A stretch of 44,282 nt of DNA from Ruminococcus sp. (GTDB lineage Bacteria > Bacillota > Clostridia > Oscillospirales > Ruminococcaceae). Location of the stretch: the NCBI GenBank assembly GCA_024697705.1, contig JAILFF010000030.1, positions 1 to 44,282 on the forward strand, written 5' to 3'. Positions 9,420-18,197 of the stretch are shown here, piece after piece. Every line of letters starts with the position of its first letter. Position 1 is the stretch's first letter. The notes under the pieces are model-generated. The model made no database searches. It was not told the DNA's origin and worked only from the letters and a program-made list of their open reading frames with translations. Position numbers and translations under genes: made by a program.

Positions 9420-11105
9420 ATGAGTGAACTGATAATCGTCAGACCCGACAAATGCGTGGGCTGCAACAGCTGCGTCAGAGCCTGTCCATGTCCCGAAGCG
9501 AATACTACCAAGATGCTTGAGGACGGAAGACACATCACGACGGTCAATAATGATAAGTGCATTGCCTGCGGTGCGTGCGTAAAGGCTTGCAACCACGGCG
9601 CAAGAGATTATCTTGACGATACCGACGCCGCTATGTCGAGGATAATGAAGGGCGAAAAGCTCGTTATCCTTGCCACACCTTCGATCAAAGCCGTTTATCC
9701 CACAAGATGGAAGAATATTCTCGAATGGTTCAGGAAGAAGGGCTGCATAATCTACGACGTATCGCTGGGCGCGGATATCTGCACCTGGGCGCACCTCAGA
9801 GCTATCGAGAACAAGAAGGTACCGAACATCATCACCCAGCCCTGCGCCGCGATAGTTAAGTACATAGAAAGCTATCAGCCCAAGCTGCTGACGAACCTTT
9901 CGCCGATACACAGCCCTATCGCCTGCGCCTGCGTTTTCATCAGAAAGTATCAGAAGCGCACTCAGCCCATAGCCGTGCTTTCTCCCTGCATTGCGAAGAA
10001 AAACGAGTTTATGGACACGGGCGTTGCGGATTTCAACGTTACCTTCAAGAAGCTCAACGAGTATTTTGACAGAAACGATATAAGGATCGCCTCGCACGCC
10101 GATAACGAATTTGAATATGATTTCGAGGATATTCAGGGTCAGCTGGGCGGCGTTTATCCCCGTCCGGGCGGACTTCGTGACAATCTGTGGCAGCACGACC
10201 CCGATATAAACATCACCACCTCCGAGGGCGTTCACAAGGTTTATCCCGAGCTTGATATGTACGCTCAGATGCCCGAATTCAAGCACCCCGAGGTATTCGA
10301 CGTTCTTTCCTGCGAATTCGGATGTAACATCGGTCCCGGCACGGGCACAACGCAGACGGCTTTCGACGTTATGGCTTCGATGCGTCAGTACGAGAACAAC
10401 GCCAAGAGCCGCCGCAAGACCACGGGCTTCCGCGGCAACGGCGAAGACAAGCTTTTCAAGAGGTTCGACGACGAGCTTAAGCTCAACGACTTTATGAGAA
10501 ACTACAAGCCCGCCAAGCAGACTCCTCTGCCGACCGAGCAGCAGCTTGAAGGCGTTTACGAGACTATGGGTATGCATACCGAGCAGGACCGCAATTACAA
10601 TTGTCACGCCTGCGGCTACAAGAGCTGCCGCGACATGGCTATCGCAATTTACCGCGGTCTGAACACGCCCGACAACTGTATCGTTCACGCGAAATCGGTA
10701 CTCGTGGCGAAGCACAGCGCACTTGCCACTCAGCATGAAAAGCTGGCGGAGATCACGAACGAATGTCTGTCGCTGTCCGACACTCTTAAGAGCGGCGTAG
10801 ATCAGATCATGACGAACATGACGACGATCGGTGAATCCACAAAGGCGACGAGCGAGAGAGCGGGAGTAGTAAACAACCTGCTGAAGAACGTTGTTACCTT
10901 CTGCAACAGCAACTCGACGATGGACGCGCCCACGGTAAAGCAGCTTGTAAGTATTCTGGAGACGACGATCAGTGCGTTCAGTGCGCTTGACGACAACGTT
11001 AACACGACGAACGAAAGCTCAAACATCATCAACAAGTCGATCAGCGAGATCACCGAGCTTGTTGACAAGATCAATGCAGAGCTTCACAAGACCACCGAGG
11101 TTTAA
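9420..11105 (+). CDS. Sensory [FeFe]-hydrogenase-like Fe-S protein (2x[4Fe-4S] ferredoxin, H-cluster-type domain, extra FeS domain, MCP-like helical tail)
   Basis: CVGCNSCVRAC and CIACGACVKAC; degenerate H-cluster motifs TQPCAAI, SPCIAKKNE, DVLSCEFGCNIG; CHACGYKSC..C; C-terminal heptad region. Confidence 0.8.
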   Translation: MSELIIVRPDKCVGCNSCVRACPCPEANTTKMLEDGRHITTVNNDKCIACGACVKACNHGARDYLDDTDAAMSRIMKGEKLVILATPSIKAVYPTRWKNILEWFRKKGCIIYDVSLGADICTWAHLRAIENKKVPNIITQPCAAIVKYIESYQPKLLTNLSPIHSPIACACVFIRKYQKRTQPIAVLSPCIAKKNEFMDTGVADFNVTFKKLNEYFDRNDIRIASHADNEFEYDFEDIQGQLGGVYPRPGGLRDNLWQHDPDINITTSEGVHKVYPELDMYAQMPEFKHPEVFDVLSCEFGCNIGPGTGTTQTAFDVMASMRQYENNAKSRRKTTGFRGNGEDKLFKRFDDELKLNDFMRNYKPAKQTPLPTEQQLEGVYETMGMHTEQDRNYNCHACGYKSCRDMAIAIYRGLNTPDNCIVHAKSVLVAKHSALATQHEKLAEITNECLSLSDTLKSGVDQIMTNMTTIGESTKATSERAGVVNNLLKNVVTFCNSNSTMDAPTVKQLVSILETTISAFSALDDNVNTTNESSNIINKSISEITELVDKINAELHKTTEV

Positions 11106-11147
11106 TAAAGATCGCAACATACCATTTTTTCACCTCACTTTTCTAAA

Positions 11148-11186
11148 GCGGAGCCCGCAGGCTGTAATAGTCTGCGGGCTTTCGCT
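11148..11186 (+). terminator. Probable terminator
   Basis: AGCCCGCAG-loop-CTGCGGGCT followed by TT. Confidence 0.55.
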
Positions 11187-11210
11187 ATCGCTTTCCGAAC
11201 AATTATATCA

Positions 11211-11239
11211 TTGACAAACCTCGGTATTTTTGATATAAT
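11211..11239 (+). promoter_or_regulatory. Consensus sigma70 promoter
   Basis: TTGACA-17-TATAAT. Confidence 0.8.
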
Positions 11240-11270
11240 ATATCTGCAATTTGTTTTCGGAGTGTGACTT

Positions 11271-12875
11271 ATGGAAGATAAAACCAAACGGCAGTCGGGC
11301 GTTCTTAATAGAAAATGGTACCTGTACCTCACCGAATTTTTCGCGGGAATGTCCGTTATGGCTGTCGAACTCGGCGCAAGTCGCCTGCTGGCACCCTATT
11401 TCAGCTCGTCGCAGATAGTCTGGACTATCATCATCGGGACGATAATGATAGCAATGGCGCTCGGCAATATCTACGGCGGACGCAGCGCCGATAAAGACCC
11501 CGATCCCGATAGGCTTTATAACAGACTGCTCGTTTCGGCGGTGTGGACGGCGGCTATCCCCGTGCTCGGCAAGCTCGTGATACTGCTCGTGTCGGGACTG
11601 CTCGTGTTTACCGTCAGCACGAATTTTCTGATATGGGCGGCGTTTCTGTCATGTATGCTGATATTCGTTTACCCGCTGTTCCTGCTCGGGACGTGTACGC
11701 CGTCGCTTGTGAAATACGCCGTCGGCAGCCTCGATGACAGCGGTAAGACGGTCGGGCTGCTGAACGCCTCGAACACTATCGGAAGCATTATCGGCACGTT
11801 TGTTCCGACGTTCCTTTCGATACCCGCGTTCGGCACGGCGGTGACGTTTCTTATCTTTTCGGGAATACTGCTGCTGCTTGCGGCGGTGTATTTCGTTTCC
11901 TGCAAGCGGAAGATCGTAAGGGTGTGCGTGTGTACGGTGCTGTTCGTGCTGTGCTGCGTTTTCGGCACTCGGGCGGGCTTTGCTTTCTGGGAAAAGGGGC
12001 TGACCTACGAGGGCGAGAGCGTTTACAATTACTTGCAGGTGAAGGAGGACGACAAGCGGACTATCCTCTCGACGAACGTGCTTTTCGGCGTGCAGTCGGT
12101 GGCGATGAAGGGCGGCGGGCTTTCGGGGCTTTACTACGATACAGCGCTGGCAGCACCCATGATGACGGGCTCGCCCGAGGGCTCGGAGATACTCGTGCTC
12201 GGCATGGGCTCGGGGACCTACGCCACGGAATGTGCGGAGTTTATCGACGGCGTGACTGTCGAGGGCGTGGAGATCGACGAGAAGATAACATCGCTTGCGA
12301 GGGAGTATTTCGGTCTGCCCGAGAGCGTGAAGGTCACGACCTACGACGGCAGGGCGTTTCTGAACGTTTCCGAAAAGAAATACGATGTCATTATGGTCGA
12401 TGCTTATCAGGACATCACGATACCGTTTCAGATGTCGAGCGTGGAGTTTTTCCGCCTTGTGAGGGAGCATCTGAACGAAAACGGCGTGATGGTCGTTAAT
12501 ATGAACATGAAATCCGACCGTGCGGGCAGCGTGAACGACAGGCTTATCGACACGATAGCGGCGGTTTTTCCCGAGATATATACGGTCGATGTTACTCGTT
12601 CGACCAACCGCGAGCTGTTCGCGTCGTGTTCGCCCGAGATGTGCGAACGGCTGAAAGCGTGTGCGGATAATTTGCAGAACGAGCAGCTGAAATATGTTAT
12701 GCTTGATGTTTATGAGCGGCTTGAAAGGCGTACCGCGACGGGCGAGCCGCTGACCGATGATAAAGCGCCTGTGGAGCTGTTAGGTATGCAGGTCATTGAC
12801 GATCTTATCGGGGAAGAACTGGGATATTATAGGGAGCTTGTGCAGGAAGAGGGCATAATCGCATTGTTAGAATAA
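11271..12875 (+). CDS. Fused MFS-like membrane domain / spermidine-synthase-like SAM-binding protein
   Basis: Several N-terminal TM helices (MAVELGASRLLAPYF); LVLGMGSG, VEID, DGR and YDVIMVDAY motifs. Confidence 0.85.
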   Translation: MEDKTKRQSGVLNRKWYLYLTEFFAGMSVMAVELGASRLLAPYFSSSQIVWTIIIGTIMIAMALGNIYGGRSADKDPDPDRLYNRLLVSAVWTAAIPVLGKLVILLVSGLLVFTVSTNFLIWAAFLSCMLIFVYPLFLLGTCTPSLVKYAVGSLDDSGKTVGLLNASNTIGSIIGTFVPTFLSIPAFGTAVTFLIFSGILLLLAAVYFVSCKRKIVRVCVCTVLFVLCCVFGTRAGFAFWEKGLTYEGESVYNYLQVKEDDKRTILSTNVLFGVQSVAMKGGGLSGLYYDTALAAPMMTGSPEGSEILVLGMGSGTYATECAEFIDGVTVEGVEIDEKITSLAREYFGLPESVKVTTYDGRAFLNVSEKKYDVIMVDAYQDITIPFQMSSVEFFRLVREHLNENGVMVVNMNMKSDRAGSVNDRLIDTIAAVFPEIYTVDVTRSTNRELFASCSPEMCERLKACADNLQNEQLKYVMLDVYERLERRTATGEPLTDDKAPVELLGMQVIDDLIGEELGYYRELVQEEGIIALLE

Positions 12876-12918
12876 AACAGAAAGAGCGCAGCGATTTTCG
12901 CAAATTAATTGTGCAAAT

Positions 12919-12945
12919 GGGCGCACAGGCAGGTGCGCCCTTACA
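12919..12945. repeat. REP-like palindrome
   Basis: GGGCGCAC-N6-GTGCGCCC-TTAC; near-identical copy at 31847-31872. Confidence 0.65.
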
Positions 12946-12988
12946 TGATTATCGGATAAATTTCAAAATAGACATAAGGAGAATAGTT

Positions 12989-13549
12989 ATGAACGAAACA
13001 GGGATATTCAATCTCGATGAAGAGCTGACGGCAAAGCTTGGTCTCCCCGCCGACGCGCTTATCACGCCCGATGAGCTGCAGCGCGTCTGCGTGAGATACG
13101 TTGATTTCGACGGCAGGGAGCAGACGGGAAGTCTTGTCTGCGCGGAAAAGGCGGCAGACTCCCTCGCGGAGATATTCGCCGAGCTGTTCAACGCGCACTA
13201 CCCGATAGAGAAGATACGCTTCGCTCACGAGTACGGCGGCGACGACGATCTCATCATGGCTGATAACGTTACCTCCTGCTTCAATTATCGGTTCGTCGCC
13301 AATACGCAGACGCTTTCGCTGCACGCCCGCGGACTTGCGATTGACATCAATCCGCTTTATAATCCTTATATCCAAAATGGTGTCGTGATGCCCGCGAACG
13401 CCGCGCCCTACGCCGACCGCAAGGCTGATTTTCCTCACAAGATCACTCACCGCGACCTTTGCTTTAAGCTGTTTAAGAAGCACGGCTGGCGCTGGGGCGG
13501 CGACTGGCGGCATGATAAGGATTATCAGCATTTTTATCTCGATAAGTGA
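12989..13549 (+). CDS. M15 family metallopeptidase (D,D-carboxypeptidase / L,D-endopeptidase-like)
   Basis: FNYR, SLHARGLAIDIN (SxHxxGxAxD), GWRWGG and DYQHF motifs; AAGGAG RBS before ATG 12989. Confidence 0.85.
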   Translation: MNETGIFNLDEELTAKLGLPADALITPDELQRVCVRYVDFDGREQTGSLVCAEKAADSLAEIFAELFNAHYPIEKIRFAHEYGGDDDLIMADNVTSCFNYRFVANTQTLSLHARGLAIDINPLYNPYIQNGVVMPANAAPYADRKADFPHKITHRDLCFKLFKKHGWRWGGDWRHDKDYQHFYLDK

Positions 13550-13640
13550 TCCGTGCGGCGGCTTCGTAAAATACAGATGTATGATACAGTCAAAATGCAC
13601 GGGGCTCTTTGTTGCATTTTGCTAAAAATATTAATGCCTA

Positions 13641-13669
13641 TTGACAAAACGATGTAAATATGATAAAAT
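13641..13669 (+). promoter_or_regulatory. sigma70 promoter
   Basis: TTGACA-17-TAAAAT. Confidence 0.7.
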
Positions 13670-13695
13670 ATTAATATCCGATAGCAAAGGAGAGA

Positions 13696-14148
13696 GTGCC
13701 TATGGCTGATGCAGTACACCGAAAATATGATGTTTTAAGGCTCAGTGAGTTTATCATAAAATATTATAACGACAATAATAAGCGGATAACCCGTCTGCGT
13801 CTTCAGGAGATATTGTACTTCATGCAGGCTTATTTTCTTCTGCAAACCGATAACGTGTGCTTTATTGATAATATCGAGGCGCATATCGAGGGTCCCGTCG
13901 TTCAGGCGGTCAATAACAAGTACCGCGAAGCGGGTATCGACCCGCTGTATGTGTCGAAGGGATATGTCCGTCCCGACTTCACCGAAGCCGATATCGAGCT
14001 TATCCGCGAGGTGCTGAATTTCACCTACGACTGGAGCAACACGATGATGACGAATCTTATCCATGACCAAAGACCTTTCCGCACTGCGCGTGATTCGCAC
14101 AGTAAGGTCATCCAGCCCGATAAGCTGAAAAAATATTTTTCCAAATGA
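13696..14148 (+). CDS. Panacea / DUF4065 (SocA/GepA-like) domain protein
   Basis: ITRLRLQEILYFMQ...IEAHIEGPVV resembles the family consensus ITxLKLQKLLYY...IEAWxxGPVV; start GTG 13696 or ATG 13702. Confidence 0.75.
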   Translation: MPMADAVHRKYDVLRLSEFIIKYYNDNNKRITRLRLQEILYFMQAYFLLQTDNVCFIDNIEAHIEGPVVQAVNNKYREAGIDPLYVSKGYVRPDFTEADIELIREVLNFTYDWSNTMMTNLIHDQRPFRTARDSHSKVIQPDKLKKYFSK

Positions 14149-14161
14149 TCTATGAAAATTC

Positions 14162-14252
14162 TCCCGGACGATATTTGTCCGGGATCTTTTTGTTATAAGC
14201 ATTTATACATAAAAAGCGCGCTCCGCAGGCTGCCCTGCGAAGCGCTATTTTT
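14162..14252. terminator. Convergent terminators
   Basis: TCCCGGAC/GTCCGGGA followed by TCTTTTT, and AAAAAGCG..CGCAGG/CCTGCG..CGCTATTTTT, between convergent genes. Confidence 0.55.
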
Positions 14253-14286
14253 GTGGATATTAAAAAATGGAGATCATTGTCCTTTA

Positions 14287-15525
14287 TCAGATACCCATTA
14301 CCTGGAGTACCATGTTTCCGCCGTTTCTCTTTGCGTCGCGGAGTACGTTGTCGAGCTTTACAAGCAGCGCCGAAACGGTCATGCAGTCGCCCGGCAGATA
14401 GTGATAGGTGCTGCCCGAAGCGGTAAGCTGAACGTTAAGGTTAGCCACGGTGTACCACTCGGCGAGGGTCTGGATAACGTGCTCGGCGATACGAGCCGCC
14501 TGCATATCGGAGACCTCTCTGTTGAATACGAAGCAGAATTCGTTACCTGTGATGTTGTAGATATCGGCGTCGTTGCTGTAATCAGCCTTAAGACGCTCGG
14601 CTACCATTGCGAGATATTCGTCGCCGAAGTCGTAGCCGTACATATCGTTGATGCTGCGGAAGTTATCAAGGTCGAACACCGCAATGTTGAACTGGTCGCC
14701 CTCAAGTCGCGGCGTAAGGTCGTTATCAAGCGCATAGCGGTTCTTCAGACCGGTAAGAATGTTGGTGTAAGCCATTTCGTTGGCTTTTTCCTTGGTGTGC
14801 TTGAACTTTCTTGTCGCAGCTTCGATCTCGGCAGCCTGTTTTGCAAGAGCCTCGCGGTTTCTCTTACTGATCCTTGCGATGATGAATATAATGATCTCAC
14901 CGGCTATGGTAACAGCGATAATTATATATACGGAGATCATGAATGTACGTTGGATATTTGCTATTCTTTCATTGGCGTACCTTTCCGAAAGCTCCATCGT
15001 AACCGAGAACATCTCGATAGCGGTGGTCTGGAGCGGGTGGATCTCCTGAACGTAGGTGTTACGTCTTACGTCAACGGTGGAGTCGCCGCCGATAAATTCG
15101 GAAAGCATCAAGTCAACTCGCTCTCTGTAAGCGTCGATGAACGCCTTGGCGTGCTTGTAACGGTGTGTTTCGGCTTCGGACTTTTCGGTTGCTTCGTAAG
15201 CGTTAAGCTCGTTCGTGATGTTATCAAAAGAAGCGTGAATATCGTTGATGGTATTGGTAGGGTCAGAAGACGCGGTACCGGCAACGAGCATCAGCAGGTT
15301 GGTGTTGGTGGTAAGAAGCTCGTTGTTTACGTTTGAAACGTTTTTGATCGAGTTGATAGATCCGTCATAAGCTACTTTTGTACGGTCAAAGCCCTGGAAC
15401 ATGATGACAATGAATACCGTAGAGAATACGGCAAGTACGATAGCCGCAAATATATATATCCTGTTGGGGTTGTTCTGATTCGCCTCAGCAGCAGCGTCGG
15501 ATATGTTCTTTTTCTTTTTAGCCAT
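14287..15525 (-). CDS. Membrane sensor (2 TM, helical extracellular domain) with degenerate GGDEF domain
   Basis: LTGLKNR and DLDNFRSINDMYG present; active-site motif reads TGNEF; GGAGG RBS. Confidence 0.8.
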   Translation of the reverse strand: MAKKKKNISDAAAEANQNNPNRIYIFAAIVLAVFSTVFIVIMFQGFDRTKVAYDGSINSIKNVSNVNNELLTTNTNLLMLVAGTASSDPTNTINDIHASFDNITNELNAYEATEKSEAETHRYKHAKAFIDAYRERVDLMLSEFIGGDSTVDVRRNTYVQEIHPLQTTAIEMFSVTMELSERYANERIANIQRTFMISVYIIIAVTIAGEIIIFIIARISKRNREALAKQAAEIEAATRKFKHTKEKANEMAYTNILTGLKNRYALDNDLTPRLEGDQFNIAVFDLDNFRSINDMYGYDFGDEYLAMVAERLKADYSNDADIYNITGNEFCFVFNREVSDMQAARIAEHVIQTLAEWYTVANLNVQLTASGSTYHYLPGDCMTVSALLVKLDNVLRDAKRNGGNMVLQVMGI

Positions 15526-15540
15526 TATTACCGCACCTCC

Positions 15541-16578
15541 TTACTTGGCAACGACGTTCTGATTCTTACCGAATGTATCGGGGTGTATCAGAAGCTGCGA
15601 TATATCGTCGGAATAATTGTTGAGTGAAATGTAAGTAGCGCCGGTATCAACGTTGGTGGGAATGGTCTTTGAAGCGGTTACGCCGTTTATCGTAACTGTA
15701 TCAAGAAGGTCGGAGGCGTACTTAACACCCAGATAGCCCATGTTATAGGGCGACTGGATAATGGTGCCCGTAAGGGTCTGATCCATGAGGTAGGAGATCT
15801 CGGCGTCGTTGGAGTTGTAGCCGATAACTCTTACCTTGCCCGAAAGCTCCATCTCGGCAACGCCCGCGCAGGCGCCGATGGTGGACTTTTCGTTAGTGGT
15901 ATAGATGAGTTTAAGATCGGGATTGGCGGTTATAGCGTCTATTGCCATCTGCTTGGCGGTGTCGGCATTACCGTTGCAGGATTCTTCCACAACGAACTGT
16001 ATGCCGTCGGGACCTTCGCTTGATTTCAGTGCCTGTTTGAAGCCGTTTACACGGTCGCTGGCGGCGCTGGAAGTCTGCGAGTGCTTGATGATAGCTACCT
16101 TGCCCTTGCCGAAGAGAATGGAGCTGTTGGCGTTTCTTCCCGCGATGTTTCCTGCCGAAAGATTATCGGTGCCTATGTAGGATACGCCCTTTAACGAACA
16201 CGGAGCGTCGATGGCGACCAGCTTGATGCCCGCAGTCTGCGCGGATTTAAGGTCGTCGTTCAGAGCCGAAGGATCGTTTGGAGCGAAGACGATAGCCTTT
16301 GCTTTTTCGGAGATCGCACGCTTGATAAGCTGTTTCTGTGTCTCGACATCCTGTGTGTCTGTTGCGTTCTGGTAAACGATGTTGTAGCCAAGCTCATTTC
16401 CGGCGTCCTCGGCACCGGTCTGAAGCAGATCCCAGAACTGAATGCCCTGCGACTGTCCGATAACAAAGATCGTTTCCGTAGCTTTGGTGCTGCCGCAGCT
16501 CGAACCTGCAAACGCCATTGAAACTGCAAGAGCACAGGCGGTTATCCGCGAGAGCAATCCGCGTTTTTTTCTGTTCAT
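15541..16578 (-). CDS. RbsB-like sugar-binding lipoprotein
   Basis: Signal peptide with Cys (AGSSC); YIGTDN..AG, RVNGF, IIQSPYNMGY and VDTG motifs; no permease or ATPase gene adjacent. Confidence 0.85.
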   Translation of the reverse strand: MNRKKRGLLSRITACALAVSMAFAGSSCGSTKATETIFVIGQSQGIQFWDLLQTGAEDAGNELGYNIVYQNATDTQDVETQKQLIKRAISEKAKAIVFAPNDPSALNDDLKSAQTAGIKLVAIDAPCSLKGVSYIGTDNLSAGNIAGRNANSSILFGKGKVAIIKHSQTSSAASDRVNGFKQALKSSEGPDGIQFVVEESCNGNADTAKQMAIDAITANPDLKLIYTTNEKSTIGACAGVAEMELSGKVRVIGYNSNDAEISYLMDQTLTGTIIQSPYNMGYLGVKYASDLLDTVTINGVTASKTIPTNVDTGATYISLNNYSDDISQLLIHPDTFGKNQNVVAK

Positions 16579-16988
16579 AATAAGCTGAACCTCCTTAGAA
16601 TAGTATTCCCGCCCCCGGGCAAGCGTGCCGCGGACGGGTGCCGCGTTTGTTCAAAACGCGGTGTGTCCTTTACGAAGGACAGATATCCACATTTATTATT
16701 TTATCACATTATGAACAAAATTACAAGCATTAACGGATGACTATTCTGACGAAATTTTTTTTTCATATTTGTGCAATATTAACCAATATTGCGAAAAAGG
16801 AATAATTACCATGAGTTATGTCGGCGTTTTGGTATACCTTATTAAATATATGCCTGTAAAAGCAAAACAACGTGTCAGCCATAAATTTCGGATAAAAAAG
16901 CAGCCGAACGGCGGCGGAGTTTAGTATGTTTTGTATACCAAAAATTGCTCTTGTACATAAAAATTCACTTTTTTCTGTTGAATAATAC

Positions 16989-17017
16989 TTGACAACTTTA
17001 TGAATAAGTGCTATACT
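16989..17017 (+). promoter_or_regulatory. Promoter of the LRR-kinase-vWA-PP2C cluster
   Basis: TTGACA-17-TATACT with extended TGn. Confidence 0.75.
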
Positions 17018-17114
17018 ATAAATAAGTGGATATATATGAGGGTCGTCTGCGCACTTTTGTAAGGACGACTGCCTCCGCAAGATATAAAATTATTAATGTC
17101 AGGAGAGTTGATTT

Positions 17115-18158
17115 ATGCAGTGTGAAAAGTGCCATGCGGAGATCACGCCGGGCGAGCCCGTCTGCCCCGAATGCGGAGCCTTGACCGTACAAAACGTCGA
17201 AGGCTTTGAAAGTACCAAACAGATCGAGCGTCAGCTGGCTGCCATGATAGATCAGCAGGGCAAGGAAGTCATAACGGACTCCAAGCTGTTCGTGGCTCTC
17301 ATTCAGGATTATGTGCCGGAATTTGACAAAGAACGCCGACTGCTCATTAATATGCATAAGGGCGGTATCATCCATATGATGCTTGAGGAGACCGATCAGT
17401 CGATAGGCATCTCCAAGGCAAGAGGATTCATGCTCAATGACCTTTTTATAGCGGAACACGCGGCGGAATTTGTTCTCGTCTGCTTCTGCTATATGCTGGG
17501 CTGGCCTTATGAGTCTCCGATGAGGGAGAAGGAGCCCGAGGAGGAAGACGACGATTTCGATTCGATCGTGGACGTTTCGGCGCCCGTCAGCATGGAGGAC
17601 AAGGTGTTCATGCCGATCGACGCTACGCGCTTCCGCTTCAAGAAGGATATACGTATCCCCGACGGCTACACCAAGATCGACAGCTTCTGCTTCGACGGCT
17701 GGAGCAGACTGAAATCCGTGGTGCTCCCCGATTCGCTGATGGGCATCGGAGAATATGCCTTCTCGGAATGTACCAATCTGCGCAGCATCGAGATACCCGA
17801 GCGCGTGAAGATAATCAAGGGCGGCGCATTCAATCAGTGCAGCAAGCTCACCATAATAAAGATACCCGACGGTATCCTTGAAATAGGCGACAATACGTTC
17901 GCGTTCTGCGAGAGCCTTGCGGAGGTTGATGTTCCTCCGTCGGTCAGCAGTATCGGCTTACAGGCGTTCGCGGGCTGCGACGCTCTTAAAAAGCTCTATC
18001 TGCCCGAAAGCGTCAAGTTCATTGACGAAAGCGCGTTCCTCTATTGCCCTAACCTTACGATACATTGCTACGAAAATTCGTATGTACATAAGTTCTGTCT
18101 TGCTCACAAGATAAGAGTGGAAACCGTTGCCAAGGGCGAGGGGCTTTCCAAGAGATAA
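17115..18158 (+). CDS. Zinc-ribbon + helical domain + BspA-type leucine-rich repeat protein
   Basis: CEKC..CPEC; repeats of LxSxxIPxSVxxIGxxAFxxC; no signal peptide or TM segment. Confidence 0.85.
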   Translation: MQCEKCHAEITPGEPVCPECGALTVQNVEGFESTKQIERQLAAMIDQQGKEVITDSKLFVALIQDYVPEFDKERRLLINMHKGGIIHMMLEETDQSIGISKARGFMLNDLFIAEHAAEFVLVCFCYMLGWPYESPMREKEPEEEDDDFDSIVDVSAPVSMEDKVFMPIDATRFRFKKDIRIPDGYTKIDSFCFDGWSRLKSVVLPDSLMGIGEYAFSECTNLRSIEIPERVKIIKGGAFNQCSKLTIIKIPDGILEIGDNTFAFCESLAEVDVPPSVSSIGLQAFAGCDALKKLYLPESVKFIDESAFLYCPNLTIHCYENSYVHKFCLAHKIRVETVAKGEGLSKR

Positions 18159-18197
18159 TTCATCATTTACAATAAGTGGAAGGAATGAGATCAAGAA

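Noticed and set aside
16579-17114. c-di-GMP-I/II riboswitch near the GGDEF genes
   Set aside because: No GGCAAAC..GAAA..GACGCAAAGC-type consensus recognised on either strand.
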